Shown here piece after piece: positions 45,401 to 58,426 of a stretch of 64,000 bases of DNA (position 1 is the first letter of the stretch; each line of letters begins with the position of its first letter). The stretch comes from Auanema rhodensis. Its lineage: Eukaryota; Animalia; Nematoda. The notes below the pieces were generated by a model. That model was not told the origin of the DNA and searched no databases. It saw only the letters and a list, made by a program, of their open reading frames with translations. Both the position numbers and the translations under genes were made by a program. The DNA is taken from NCBI GenBank assembly GCA_964057225.1, contig OZ059900.1:10788001-10852000 (forward strand), read 5' to 3'.

Positions 45401-47242
45401 ATGGATTAGCAGTCCATCGCCTTAACCACTCGGCCACCTGATCACAGGGTTTTTCCAAGAAAACTCTTACTTAAACAAAGAAATTATTGTGACAACAAAT
45501 ATCGTCAACAAACAAATAAGAAAGTCTTCCTGTTAAATCAGGTGGCTTGGCTTCATTTAGAAAATGATAGTTTGAATGGAGCATCCGTTGTCATAAAAAA
45601 CAAAACTAACGATCAGGATGAGATTCGAACTCACGCGGGGAAACCCCAATGGATTAGCAGTCCATCGCCTTAACCACTCGGCCACCTGATCACAGGGTTT
45701 TTCCAAGAATACTCTTACATAAACAAAGAAATTATTGTGAGAATAAATAACGTCAACAAATGAATAATATAGTCTTCCTATTAAATCAGGTGGCTTGGCT
45801 TTATTTAGAAAATGATAGTTTGAATGGAGCATCCGTTGTCATAAAAAACAAAACTAACGATCAGGATGAGATTCGAACTCACGCGGGGAAACCCCAATGG
45901 ATTAGCAGTCCATCGCCTTAACCACTCGGCCACCTGATCACAGGGTTTTTCCAAGAAAACTCTTACTTAAACAAAGAAATTATTGTGACAACAAATATCG
46001 TCAACAAACAAATAAGAAAGTCTTCCTGTTAAATCAGGTGGCTTGGCTTCATTTAGAAAATGATAGTTTGAATGGAGCATCCGTTGTCATAAAAAACAAA
46101 ACTAACGATCAGGATGAGATTCGAACTCACGCGGGGAAACCCCAATGGATTAGCAGTCCATCGCCTTAACCACTCGGCCACCTGATCACAGGGTTTTTCC
46201 AAGAATACTCTTACTTAAACAAAGAAATTATTGTGACAACAAATATCGTCAGCAAACAAATAAGAAAGTCTTCCTATTAAATCAGATGGCTTGGCTTTAT
46301 TTAGAAAATGATAGTTTGAATGGAGCATCCGTTGTCATAAAAAACAAAACTAACGATCAGGATGAGATTCGAACTCACGCGGGGAAACCCCAATGGATTA
46401 GCAGTCCATCGCCTTAACCACTCGGCCACCTGATCACAGGGTTTTTCCAAGAATACTCTTACTTAAACAAAGAAATTATTGTGACAACAAATATCGTCAA
46501 CAAACAAATGAGAAAGTCTTCCTGTTAAATCAGGTGGCTTGGCTTCATTTAGAAAATGATAGTTTGAATGGAGCATCCGTTGTCATAAAAAACAAAACTA
46601 ACGATCAGGATGAGATTCGAACTCACGCGGGGAAACCCCAATGGATTAGCAGTCCATCGCCTTAACCACTCGGCCACCTGATCACAGGGTTTTTCCAAGA
46701 ATACTCTTACTTAAACAAAGAAATTATTGTGACAACAAATATCGTCAGCAAACAAATAAGAAAGTCTACCTATTAAATCAGGTGGCTTGGCTTTATTTAG
46801 AAAATGATAGTTTGACTGGAGCATCCGTTGTCATAAAAAACAAAACTAACGATCAGGATGAGATTCGAACTCACGCAGGGAAACCCCAATGGATTAGCAG
46901 TCCATCGCCTTAATCACTCGGCCACCTGATCACAGGGTTTTTCCAAGAATACTCTTACTTAAACAAAGAAATTATTGTGAGAATAAATAACGTCAACAAA
47001 TGAATAATATAGTCTTCCTATTAAATCAGGTGGCTTGGCTTTATTTAGAAAATGATAGTTTGAATGGAGCATCCGTTGTCATAAAAAACAAAACTAACGA
47101 TCAGGATGAGATTCGAACTCACGCGGGGAAACCCCAATGGATTAGCAGTCCATCGCCTTAACCACTCGGCCACCTGATCACAGAATTTTTCCAAGAATAC
47201 TCTTACATAAACAAAGAAATTATTGTGAGAATAAATAACGTC
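30411..47242 (-). repeat. tRNA-Ser tandem array, right segment (248-bp unit)
   Basis: First and last genes are exactly 67 x 248 bp apart; two main spacer haplotypes are interspersed. Confidence 0.98.
30482..47179 (-). tRNA. 68 tandem tRNA-Ser(GCT) genes, each 82 nt, left coordinate 30482+248k for k=0..67
   Basis: Same sequence as 4019-4100. At least 14 copies carry point substitutions; no anticodon change was noticed. Confidence 0.96.
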
Positions 47243-47659
47243 TGTTACATACATATCTCAAAGGAAAGCAGCTGACCATGGCAGCTGCTATTATTAAACT
47301 AATGCAGATAGTTTTTAAGCAATTCTGAGAATATTCTAGATGCACTTTTTATAAACTTTGTAACAATTTGTGTAAACTGAGTAGGAGTTGTATGGATATA
47401 TAAACCTGAGTCCTCAAGACTCAGGCATCTCATTATCTCATTATCTTACTTTCTCTTTATCTTCTTTATATTCTCTTTCTTAACTCTAGCTCTAATCTTT
47501 GTATAATTATATTATAATGCGAACAATAAACCTTTATATATTTGATCTCTTGTTTCTTATTTCACCTTACATTACACACATATATTTAAAATCATACTCA
47601 TCTTCTCATAGTCTGTTTGGATCTCTCAACTTGGAACCATTGAGAATCTAAATGGAACG
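47243..47659 (+). repeat. Gypsy 5' LTR (417 bp)
   Basis: TGTTACA...TGGAACG; (ATCTCATT)x2 instead of x6, plus several substitutions relative to 3399-3847. Confidence 0.92.
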
Positions 47660-47677
47660 TGGAGGTTCCACCGAGAT
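47660..47677 (+). promoter_or_regulatory. Primer-binding site for tRNA-Gln
   Basis: TGGAGGTTCCACCGAGAT is the complement of the tRNA-Gln 3' end ATCTCGGTGGAACCT-CCA. It overlaps a hairpin CGAGATCCT...AGGATCTCG (47672-47700). Confidence 0.88.
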
Positions 47678-48904
47678 CCTTCCTTTCGGACAGGATCTCG
47701 TAAAGGAACTCAAGCGCTACCGTCTACAACTCTTATTCATTTAAAAATCTTATCTCTCTCTTAAAGTTAGCTTATAATATTTTCTTAAAAACTCTAAAAC
47801 TTTTCTATTAAAAATTATATCCAAAAACTCTTTACAAAAACTCAGTTTTCCATTCATTATATTCTCATAAATCATTTTCAATTATTCATAAGAGTACTTA
47901 TATCATTTATCATTCTCTCTATCCAAAATCCTATATACGAAAATTATTCAAATTCAATAATTAACTTTTCTAAGAATTATAAGTTTATTTTCACATTTTT
48001 TGAACAAAAATAGTTAAGTTCTTTATAAAATTAATTTAGAATTAAGAAATAAAAAAAAGAATATTACCTCTCAATCTTAATCATCTTATCATATTATCTG
48101 AATCTTCATCTTATCATACTATCTTAATCATCCTATCATACCATATTTTTATTATTTTCTTTATGTTCGTTTATAAAACTATTATTCTTATGCTACTACA
48201 CTGTATTCTCATAAACCCACCCCTTCCCCCCCCCCGTAATTTCATAAACAAGAAATCCCGTGTTAAACACGACAGTAAAAATATTTATTAGGCGCAGCGT
48301 ATCCAAATTCCGATTACCTTAGCACCTGAAAATACGAAAAATAATTAAATTAATCAATAAGTTTTAACTCATACGCAAAAACCATCCCCCCTCGTTAAGA
48401 ATAATGCCAGACACTCAAGAGACTCGAGCGGAGGCCGACACTCAGGATAAGACGTACGCCCCATGAAATAATTAGAGAATTTTTGAATTGAAATCTGCCC
48501 CACATTGATATAAATAATAAGAGTGGTCTCGCCATCATAGAGTCAGGGAGCAGGATGCAGAAGGCAGCTGACATACCTGTGACTCAGATAGGTTAATGAG
48601 GTCTGGGAAAATGAAATGATTGCGAAAATTCTATTTTGTATCCTTGTCCCAAAAGACTGGCGAACTATTAACTTTCATTTCATGCCTTTTTCACAATATA
48701 GAACTTGTCCCTTCGAAAAGGCACACTAGTTTCAAACCTGTGTTAGACCCGGACGAGCTATATTGGTAAAGAGATTACTTGCAAGACTAGCTACCTTCAT
48801 AAGAATCGCGCACACAAACCCAACATTATTCTTTACGTTTTTCTATATATAAAATTATTTTGGCACACGTTGGATATAACAAATTTCCTTACAGGATACC
48901 AACG

Positions 48905-49294
48905 ATGCTGCCCAATACTGGTCCAAAACCTCCGCTGGACCCTGCTGCCACTTCAAATATTATAAGAAGAAAAAGACAACCGCCCGCAACATATTCTCCC
49001 CCCTCTGCAAAACAAGCGAAGTTAAGCATTAAAACAAAGTCAATGGTAATACATACCCCAAGACATCGCGGCATTCAAAAACAATTCACCAATCCCAAAT
49101 CACATGAAAAAACGAAGAAACAAAAAACAGACATAGTCGAAAGAAACACCTTAGAAAAGAAAATTATCCCAAACATTAAACCTATTCCTAAAAACATAGC
49201 AAGCAAAGGGAACCCTCAAAACCCCCCAACCAACACCATACCAAATACAATCAACCCAATCAATCCTTTAATAGCCACCCCTAGAAGAAGCAAT
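48905..49294 (+). pseudogene. Probable N-terminus of Gypsy gag, truncated by Maverick copy 2
   Basis: First sizeable ORF after the leader, basic and Pro-rich, open up to the TIR. The assignment is positional only. Confidence 0.55.
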
Positions 49295-50343
49295 AGTAGA
49301 GAGCCGTGCAAAATTTACTAACCACGCCCCCAAACAGCTGTCAAAAACATACTTTTGGGGGCGTCAGCTGCTAAAAACATACTTTTGAGGCGCGTCAGCT
49401 GTCAAAAACATATTTTTGAGCGTCAGCTGTTAAAATCATATTTTGGGATCATGGTTCATGGATTCTCCTTTTTTAAATTTAAAAATCATGATTTAAAGCA
49501 TGATTTTTTTTTAAATCAAATTTAAATATGCTTTTTCAAATGTATGTATATATTTTTAATTATTTTTAAATATATTAAGTAAAAATAAAAATCTTAATTT
49601 TAAATATTTAAATTATATTTAAATTTTATATATATATAAATTTTATTTAAACTTTAATTATTTAAATTATATTTAAACTTTAAATATTTAAATTATATTT
49701 AAATTTTATATATATAAATTTTATTTAAACTTTAAATTTTATATATAAATTATATTTAAATATTTAAATATGTAAATTTGTTTTTTAAATTTTATTTATT
49801 TATTAAATTTATTAATAATGTTTGTTTACTTGATTTGTTTATTTGTTATTGTATTGTGTTTGTATTGTTTTTATTTTAAAGAACAGTAAAATTTTTGCAT
49901 GTATATCGTTTTGTTCACCGTACTTGTTATGGGTAATTCAATGGAACACATATCGAAGGTTAATTCGATAAGAACGATATGAAATACAAAATTCAATGGA
50001 ACACATATCGAAGGTTAATTCGATAAGAACGATATGAAATAAAAAATTCAATGGAACACATATCGAAGGTTAATTCGATAAGAACGATATAAAATACCAA
50101 AATTTAATGGAACACATATCGAAAGTTAATTCGATAAGAACGACATTAAATTATTAATTTTTGAAATTACAAATTGTTATTAATTATATTTATTCTAACA
50201 AGTAAAGGTTTCAAATTATAATAAAAGATTAGTTTTAAACTTTATTTTACTAATATAACAATACAATAACTCTATAGAGCACACATTGAAGGTAAATACA
50301 ATAAGATTAACAAACAGTTGCGCTGACCTCAATGAAACGCATA
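49295..50343 (+). repeat. Maverick copy 2 left TIR
   Basis: Homologous to the copy-1 TIRs, with four 55-bp units. Confidence 0.88.
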
Positions 50344-50539
50344 AGGTTAATTTAATAAGAACTAATAACAAAAATTAATCCGATGGGGACAATAAAAACA
50401 GATGTATTCAATAAGCTTATTTATTTTAAAGTTTATCGCAACTGCTAGTTTTGACAGCTGTACCCAAATCCATGTTACATAACAAATTACAATGCCAACA
50501 GCAATGTGTAGACTGATATATTCATTATATCAAGGTACA

Positions 50540-53500
50540 ATGGCTGCTAATAGGTTGTGTCTTTTTGATTATTTGTTTGTAAACTTTTTCTTTTTTCAGT
50601 TATAAACGTTTATGTGAAGAGCTAGGATTTGATTATGAAGAGATTAATCAGCTCAGGTAATTTAACAATACTTTGAATCTTTATATATATTTTGTTTTTT
50701 AGTAAACGTATAAAGTTTACCGAGGCTGGTGGGATCGAGCTCTGTGAGCCCACATCACCCACTTTTAACAGTGGGCCCTCATCATCAAGGGTTATTGAAG
50801 TAATAACCTTGGATGACAGTGATGAGTAAGCGATATTAAAAATTATAACAATTAGTTTTTTCTTTTTAAGAGAATGGGATCCCGCTACCCCATCAACCAG
50901 TGGAGGGCAAGTCGGATATGGAGCGGCTTTCAACGATGTCTGTAAAATAGAGGTGCGATCTTTTATTTACATATCATTTCATAATATATCTTTTGAAACA
51001 TGAAATTTTCTCTTGCTCCAGTTGCATATTTTGAAAACATTTTGAAATTTATTTCTCTTTTTCAATTGCATTCATAAAATTCTCTCTTTCTCATCTTTAC
51101 ATTTCATCTCAATCTATATCTTTTATCAAACAAATTGCAAGTATTTTGAAATTTACATATTCATTCTTTTGAACAGCATTCATTTTAAAATCTTTACATT
51201 TCATCTCACTATCTATCTTTCTTTCAACCAATTTTGAATTCTTACAAATTATAAATATTTCAAACATTTTGAACTAGTAAAATAATAAAACACCATCTCG
51301 ACCTTCTCATTAATTTTTAAACATTAACAAATGTTGATAAAAGTTTTTTCAAAGTTGATAAAAAAAAAAAACTTTATATTTAAAAATCAAATGCCATTTA
51401 TTTTTAAACATTAATAAAATAATTTAAAGAAAAGTAAATTTATAAAAAGTTATAAACAAAAATTATTTATATTTAAATTAAAAGCGTATAACCATTATAA
51501 AAATATGTATTATAGTGGTCACACCGACGCATAAAACGAACTGGTCGGTTCACCAACGTGGTCGTTAGATCGCTCACGTTCCCACATTTGGAAGCCATTA
51601 ATGAGCCAATGCATGTTGTCATGCCGCGGCTATTTAATGAGTTTCTTGATCGGTGCCTTGCTGAAAGTGGTGTGCCAGATAAACAAAAAGCGCTATTTTG
51701 CTTATCGATAGAGCACCCATCCTTTGAAAAGGGATCCATATTTATGGATTTCCGTAGAAGGGAGCATTTGGATGGCGTTGCCATCATGAATGCCATCAGC
51801 AAGGTGCAGCAATCAAAGCGAGAGGCTGTAATTAGCCAGGCAATGAATATTGAAATGTATGTGTTTGATGAGAGACCAGTGCAGCCAAGCCTGATGCCTG
51901 GTGAAGGTAGAGTTGGTTTCTATTTTGATGCCGAACTCAAAATACCTGGCACAATTGAGAACACTGATACACATTGCCTGGCTAGAGCAGCAGTTGTGGG
52001 AATGTGGAGAGCCGATGAAGAGGCAGCAGAAGATGTTGTTGAGAAGCGGAGGATTCAAAATCTTCGTCGCAACTACATCTTGTTGCCAAATCAACCACAT
52101 CATATCAATTTATTGAATAGGTGTGGTATTTCTGTACATTTACCAAATTATAATTTGAACCATTTAAATATTATTGCAAGTTGTAATACAGACTATAAGT
52201 TTGTAGTATACGCTAGGCCACCTGGACAGCGTATGTACGCTATTCAGCGTATCTTTAATGAAACGGCTAGCAAAGTGGTAACACTAGGCTACCGAAATAA
52301 TCATTATGACTGTATTACAACTTGTAGTAGATCACAAATTTTTGATGGTATTATATGCCAACACTGTAAATTATCTTACAAAACAGTGTTGCATAGATGT
52401 AAAGCCAAGTGTAAGAAATGCCACACCTTAAAATGTAATTCGATGGAAAATGTGGTTGAAAGTAGCATAAGATGTGATAGTTGTAGAGTTTTGTTTAAAA
52501 CTCGTCAATGCTTTGACAGGCATATTAGAAAAACATGTCGAATGTTTAAGGTAATTTAAAAAATATATATAAAATTTTACAAGACTAAATTCAGACATGT
52601 GAAAACTGTGATCATTATCACAGGGTGCGTGCAGATAGACCGCACAATTGCAATGAGAAATTTTGCAAAAAGTGTGGGCAAACAAAGCCTGAAGATCATT
52701 CTTGTTGTTGGGTACCACCTAACGACAAGAAGAAGGATCAGTTAAAAAAGAGGCAAGAAAAATACAAGGTTTGTATTTTACATCTTTACAAGTGTAATGC
52801 TTACTTGTTTAAGATTATATTCTATGACTTTGAAACGGTTGTGTTAAAAAACGGTACAAATGTTCATGAATATGCAGATGAACAATGGCCCAATATGGTT
52901 GTGTATAATAAATTTTGTGAAAGTTGTATAGATGCCAACTCATGTGAAAAATGCACAACCAAGGAGGGCCATTTTGGGTACCAACAAGGTGATAGTGAAT
53001 GGTCTGTAACAGATCGTTTCCTTGATTGGTTACTCAACTCTGTTGAGAATGATAATGCAATTTTGATTGCGCATAATGGTTCACGCTTTGACATACATTT
53101 CTTGGTGTCTAGGCTGATAAACCGTGGTATATATCCTGATCCAATTTTAAATGGGACCAAGATTATAAGCATGGTTGTCAAGCCTTTAAGAGGTCAAAAA
53201 TTTAATCATTTATATTTTAAAGATAGTTATTTATTAGTGCCTTTACCCTTATCAGCGTTACCCAAGGCATTTGGTGTACCTGATATGAGTAAAGGACAGT
53301 TTCCTTACCTCTATAATCACCCAATAAATTATGGCAAAGTGTTGCCATCTTTACCACCAAAACAGTACTATTGTACTGCTAGAATGAAAGCAGAAGACCT
53401 AGCTTCATTCGATATTTGGTATGAAGAGCGTAATCAAAGAGCGTTTGATTTTGATGAAGAGCTTTTGGAATATTGTAGGACAGATGTCCGTATTTTAACC

Positions 53501-55743
53501 AACTGTATGAAAGTTTACATGAAGTTGGCAACCGCCACCACTGGCTGGAACCCTGTCATACAATGTATGACATTTGCCAGTTTCTCTTTATTCCAGGCAA
53601 GTTTTTTAAAATACAAGCATTTTCAAAACTATTATATTACAGTTGAAAATGAACCACATTAAAGAGAACCAAGTGGGTATTCTGCCCGAGACTGGTTATT
53701 ATGCCGGTCAAAAGCAGAGTATAATAGCCATAAAGTATATAAAATGGCTAGAACAAGGATTGGGCCGCCCATTAATGCATAAGCTTAATGGTGGTGAATT
53801 TGCAGTGAGAGTAGATGGTCATCGCTATCTACTCGATGCTTATGACCCCGTTGCCAATCATGGCTATGAGGTGAGTAATTTGTAATAAATGTAAAAAATG
53901 CAAATTTTTGTAGATTAATGGCTGTATCTATCATGGTTGCCCCCAGTGCACCAACAAGAGCGCTATAGCACCAGGCAGAAATGGTGAAACAATGGAAGAG
54001 GTAATTGTGACTTTTTTTTAATCATTTTAATTTTTAAAATTTAGGTTTATGATAAAACCATGAAAAGGCTTCAAAAAATTCAAAGCCAAGGCATTAGTGT
54101 TACCACAGTGTGGGAGCACGAAATTAATGCACAAATTTCGGCCAATGAAGAAATGGCGAAATTTATGCGTGAAACAAATGTTGTTACACGCTTGGCACCT
54201 AGAGATGCCTTTACCGGTGGCCGCACCCAGACATATAAGCTTTTGGCACAAGCTTCGGATAGATACTCGCTCGAGTATGTGGACTTTTGTTCACTATATC
54301 CATATGTCACCGCTTTTGATGCCTATTACCCAGTAGGTAATCCCAAAGTTATTACTGAGGGTTTCAAAAGCTTTGAGACATGTTGCCCATACAAGGGGCT
54401 AGTAAAATGTGACGTGCTTGCACCCACAAATTTGCTGTACCCTGTATTAGGCACACGTATTGGCGGTAAACTTATTTTTACAAACTGCCGCACTTGTGCA
54501 GTCAAAAGTAAAAATGTAACATGTGAGCACCAGAATGATGTAAATGCTAGAAAGCTGCATCTAACCGTGACACATGTTGAGCTCGAGTGTGCCATACAAC
54601 GTGGCTATAAAGTGCTTCATGTGCATGAGGTGTGGCACTGGGAAGAATGGCAACAAGGCGGCCTGTTTAAAGAATTTGTACAAAAGTACATAAAAATTAA
54701 ACAAGAGGCGTCGGGCTGGCCAAAGCCAAACATGACAGAGGAAGAAAAGGTATGTTTTAACAAAAGTATCACATTAAATAGAATTTTACAGGTGATTTAT
54801 CTCCAAGAGCACGAGGAGAACACTGGTGTTGCTCTGGAGAGCAATAAAATTGAAAAGAATGCTGCCATGCGTAGCATTGCCAAACTGCAGCTAAATAGGT
54901 TTGTAAACTTTTTAAAACAATACATTACAAATTTGCTTATAGTGTCTGGGGTAAAATGGGTCAAAGACCTGATAAAGCCCAAACCAAGATTATTGGTGTT
55001 GAGGACCCGGAAATTGGTAGGATCATTACTGATCCTGCAAGGGAACTCACTGGGTTCAAAATTGTGGATAATGTTGCGTACTGCACAACAGTACCAGAGG
55101 ATTCACATTTGGCACCACCGCCTTTTACAAATGTAGCTATTGCGGCCTATACAACCGCTCATGCAAGGCTACTATTGTATAAGGCAATGGAGAAAATTGG
55201 AAAGAATTTGGTGTATACAGGTAATTTTATACTTGTATTCAATTTAAACTTACATTATTTAGACACGGATTCTCTAATTTATCAAAGGTGCCTGGATGAG
55301 CCAGATCCAATTGAGGATATGAAGGGTGAATGGTTAGGTAAACTAACCTCTGAAATACCCGATGGTTGGTTAATGACCAAGTTTGTATCACCAGCGGCAA
55401 AAGTTTATAGTTATAAACTTGTAAATGCAGCTGGTGATGTAAAATATGTAACAAAAGCAAAGGGAGTGGTAAGAACGAGCTTTGACTTTTCAAATAATTT
55501 TATAATTTTCAGACGTTGGACCACACGGCAGCGTCAGTGGTAAACTTTGAAAGTATGGAGCGACTGGTTCGCGGACTCGTTATGGATGGAGAGAAATTGG
55601 TTTTGAAAACCAATACAACCTTGTTAAAGAGGCAACTCGGTGCCATATCCACAATGGATATGACAAAAAGTACTAAAGTTGTAATGGATAAACTTTGTTA
55701 TCTACAAGATTATAGTACTTTACCCTACGGTTATTGTGTTTAA
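50540..55743 (+). CDS. pPolB: Protein-primed DNA polymerase B, spliced (copy 2)
   Basis: Same exon structure and motifs as 12394-17604; the indels noticed fall in introns. Confidence 0.88.
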
Positions 55744-55878
55744 TATATTTGAATTTATAAATTTTTATCTTGTATATATTTGTATTTATAAAATTTTATC
55801 ATTGTACATGTATATTTCTAAAAATAGTTGTATTCATAAATTTTATTCTTAAATCTTTTAAAGAATTTATTACATACA

Positions 55879-57213
55879 TTACAAACTGGTATCAATATAT
55901 GGAGCACGATTGTTGTCAATTGAAAGAATAGAGTCATACTCTGCATAAACAATTGCATATAAGCCCTCTTGCGGCGTTTGTTGACCAAATTCCAATTTCA
56001 AGGCTACATTACCTTGTCGTATAACATCAAATAACTCTGACGAATGCACAGTAGGAGAAATATCAAATACAAAAAATGTGAAACCAGCTTTATACATTGC
56101 TGGTGTAATACCATTGGATGAATCTGTACGACCAAGTCCCAAACCTTCCAGCATGTCGATATATGCTGTGGCATAGGAAGATCGCCATTCTAAATTATAA
56201 GGACGGGTAGGTATTACCCTATTGTTGAGCGTCAAGTATATATTTTTCAAATCAAACGGTTTAAAGTTGAATGGCGAATGTTTAAAAGTACCATTATAAG
56301 CGTGTGCGCCGACAAGACCTACTACAACACGTTTTGGTGTATGAGACGTGAATAATATATTATTAGGTGAATCCAAGCGGCCTCCTTCTATGAAATAAGA
56401 GCGCATTTTCACTGATGTCATGGGGTAGTGTATTCGATCCTTTGCGAGTTTATCTTCTATAGGCATAGCTAATCCAGCGTTTAGATCAAACTCTTGAATG
56501 AGCAAATGTACATCGCTGATATCTACTTTCAAATTTGGAAACTCCTCCTTTAATGTAGTATCCTTGTTTTCATTATTCCAGCCTAGAGTGTCAATTAAAA
56601 AGTTATCACGGTTTGGATATGCAGTTAGCTCCATTTTTGAATAGTTTACAAACAGTCGCTCTTGATTAAATAGGTCGATACTGACGGGAGCAGCCATCTC
56701 ACACAATATGCCATTTTTTACAAGCGCTTGACGCGTTCTAAATCCAGCACTGGATGCATTATCTATATATCTATCAGCATAATAGCCTGATATGGCAAGT
56801 TTGCTCTCTTTAACATCGTTGCTATACATTAAAATATTCTCGATATATGTTTTATAGGCATGATTCACGGTAGAGTCATACACGCTAACATCGCCAATTT
56901 TCAAATGATACGAATGTATTAAACTGGCAGCAAATTGTTGACATGGTGCAAAAACAAGGTTGTCTGGTACTGGATCACCGTTTGTGGTTACAATTTTAAA
57001 TTTTACATTCAACCAACATCTTCTCAGATTGAGGAATGATTTGGAATTTTGAGCTATAACAAATTCCCATGGTCCTTGAGGAAGAAACGTATTTTTCAAA
57101 GGGACTTGTACAGTACGAGTAGACTCTACACCTAATGCCGACGCTGGTATATCACCATAGTTGATATTAGGTAAAAGGGCTTGTGCTGATTTTGAATCTA
57201 TCAATTTAGCCAT
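55879..57213 (-). CDS. Major capsid protein (copy 2)
   Basis: Matches copy 1 apart from one A/P change noticed. Confidence 0.88.
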   Translation of the reverse strand: MAKLIDSKSAQALLPNINYGDIPASALGVESTRTVQVPLKNTFLPQGPWEFVIAQNSKSFLNLRRCWLNVKFKIVTTNGDPVPDNLVFAPCQQFAASLIHSYHLKIGDVSVYDSTVNHAYKTYIENILMYSNDVKESKLAISGYYADRYIDNASSAGFRTRQALVKNGILCEMAAPVSIDLFNQERLFVNYSKMELTAYPNRDNFLIDTLGWNNENKDTTLKEEFPNLKVDISDVHLLIQEFDLNAGLAMPIEDKLAKDRIHYPMTSVKMRSYFIEGGRLDSPNNILFTSHTPKRVVVGLVGAHAYNGTFKHSPFNFKPFDLKNIYLTLNNRVIPTRPYNLEWRSSYATAYIDMLEGLGLGRTDSSNGITPAMYKAGFTFFVFDISPTVHSSELFDVIRQGNVALKLEFGQQTPQEGLYAIVYAEYDSILSIDNNRAPYIDTSL

Positions 57214-57666
57214 TTAAATGTGAAACGACCGCTCACGAGTGATGCACAACCGCTTATGAGGTTTTGTGGTTTTGCGTCGTCGCCGTTTGCCCAAGCCGGT
57301 AAGATCTCGTATAGCTTGTCGGCCGGCTGTTTTAAGAGTTTCCTTGATATTATCGCCTTTCAGCACCCCATCGACAATTTCATTACCAGTTTTCAGCAAC
57401 TGTCCGCCAAGAGGTGAATTTACAACTGGACTATTGCTTACAGCACTGGATAAGGCGTTTCTTCCGGCATTGATGAGATTTTGGGCTATAGGTGATTGAA
57501 TGATGCGTGGTAGAAATGATGCCAAAGTTGCCAAAATACCACCCAAACCATGACCCCTCTGCATTCCACGTTGAAACATCATTCCGCTAAATGGGGCGCC
57601 ACCCATTTGTTGATTTAAAAGTGTTGTCCATTGAATAGAGTTGACATCCAAAAGGAGGTGCGGCAT
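57214..57666 (-). CDS. Putative core protein (copy 2)
   Basis: Homolog of 19078-19530. Confidence 0.75.
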   Translation of the reverse strand: MPHLLLDVNSIQWTTLLNQQMGGAPFSGMMFQRGMQRGHGLGGILATLASFLPRIIQSPIAQNLINAGRNALSSAVSNSPVVNSPLGGQLLKTGNEIVDGVLKGDNIKETLKTAGRQAIRDLTGLGKRRRRKTTKPHKRLCITRERSFHI

Positions 57667-57717
57667 ATCGAACCGCACGCGCGCAATACAAAAGTTACAC
57701 TAGATCATTCTACTAAA

Positions 57718-58173
57718 ATGTATTCGTCTGAAATAGTATCACTATTGCAATCTGTACCCAGCACTCGGAAACTATTCCTCGGTGTATATAGCGCTGATAC
57801 TCTACCCAAAACGCGTCGTAAAAACTTTGCACTTGTCGTAAATACTGACACACATGATAAGCCAGGCACACATTGGCAGGTCATCTTTGTCCGTAACAAG
57901 CAAGCCTATTTTTTCTGTTGCTTGGGATATAAAATGAACAAGTACATTCAAAATTATCTGGCCAAATATAAAAAGGTAAAAATTAATACTTGCAAACCAC
58001 AACGTTTAATTGAATACACTTGTGGTGGCTATGTGGTATTTGTAATACTAATGTTGTCGGCTGGTAATTCATTTGAAAGCATTTGTTCATTTTTTAAACT
58101 ATTGAAAAATGATGATGTCTTTATTAAAGCGTTTATGCATAAAGTATTCGACTATAAATTGGCTACTATATAA
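57718..58173 (+). CDS. Adenain-like cysteine protease (copy 2)
   Basis: Homolog of 19582-20037. Confidence 0.9.
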   Translation: MYSSEIVSLLQSVPSTRKLFLGVYSADTLPKTRRKNFALVVNTDTHDKPGTHWQVIFVRNKQAYFFCCLGYKMNKYIQNYLAKYKKVKINTCKPQRLIEYTCGGYVVFVILMLSAGNSFESICSFFKLLKNDDVFIKAFMHKVFDYKLATI

Positions 58174-58214
58174 GAAATTTGTCATTAATAACCTGCTACA
58201 TTACGTGGTCAGTT

Positions 58215-58385
58215 ATGAATATTCCTTGTCACTGTGAATTATGTGTCAAATACACGTTGGAGCAATCTAAACCAGCGCCTTTATACAGGAGAATGTTGAA
58301 ATGTATTTCAGTGCCATTTATTAAAGGTATAGCATTGGGATTGGGCTTTTGTACAACACTAGTCATATTATTGCTCATTATATAA
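58215..58385 (+). CDS. Small protein with C-terminal hydrophobic helix (copy 2)
   Basis: Homolog of 20079-20249. Confidence 0.55.
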   Translation: MNIPCHCELCVKYTLEQSKPAPLYRRMLKCISVPFIKGIALGLGFCTTLVILLLII

Positions 58386-58426
58386 AAGTGGGTTGATTGC
58401 GTGTGGTCGTTTTTCATTTTCCTCTA

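Larger units (their letters stand above)
47243..49294 (+). mobile_element. Gypsy LTR retrotransposon copy 2, 5' part (LTR, PBS, leader, start of first ORF), interrupted by Maverick copy 2
   Basis: LTR homologous to 3399-3847, immediately followed by a PBS. Confidence 0.88.

Noticed and set aside
30411-47242. CRISPR-like repeat-spacer appearance
   Set aside because: The spacers are near-identical rather than unique, the repeat is a tRNA gene, there are no cas genes and the context is eukaryotic.
3848-47242. Array tRNA serving as the RT primer for the resident retroelements
   Set aside because: The PBS sequences match tRNA-Gln and probably tRNA-Gly, not tRNA-Ser.
32165-47254. Dozens of repeated 91-aa minus-strand ORFs (MLHSNYHF...)
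   Set aside because: They are translations through the tRNA gene and spacer, and a single spacer SNP opens or closes them. They are not protein genes.
3399-47659. One giant LTR element bounded by the two Gypsy LTRs
   Set aside because: The left LTR follows pol and a PPT-like tract and has no PBS; the right LTR is followed by a PBS. They are the 3' and 5' LTRs of two different copies.
48380-48800. Possible antisense spliced mini-gene in the Gypsy leader (ATG at 48800, donors at 48737 and 48576, acceptor at 48603)
   Set aside because: The exons are tiny, no convincing product emerges, and there is no second copy in the window to test conservation.
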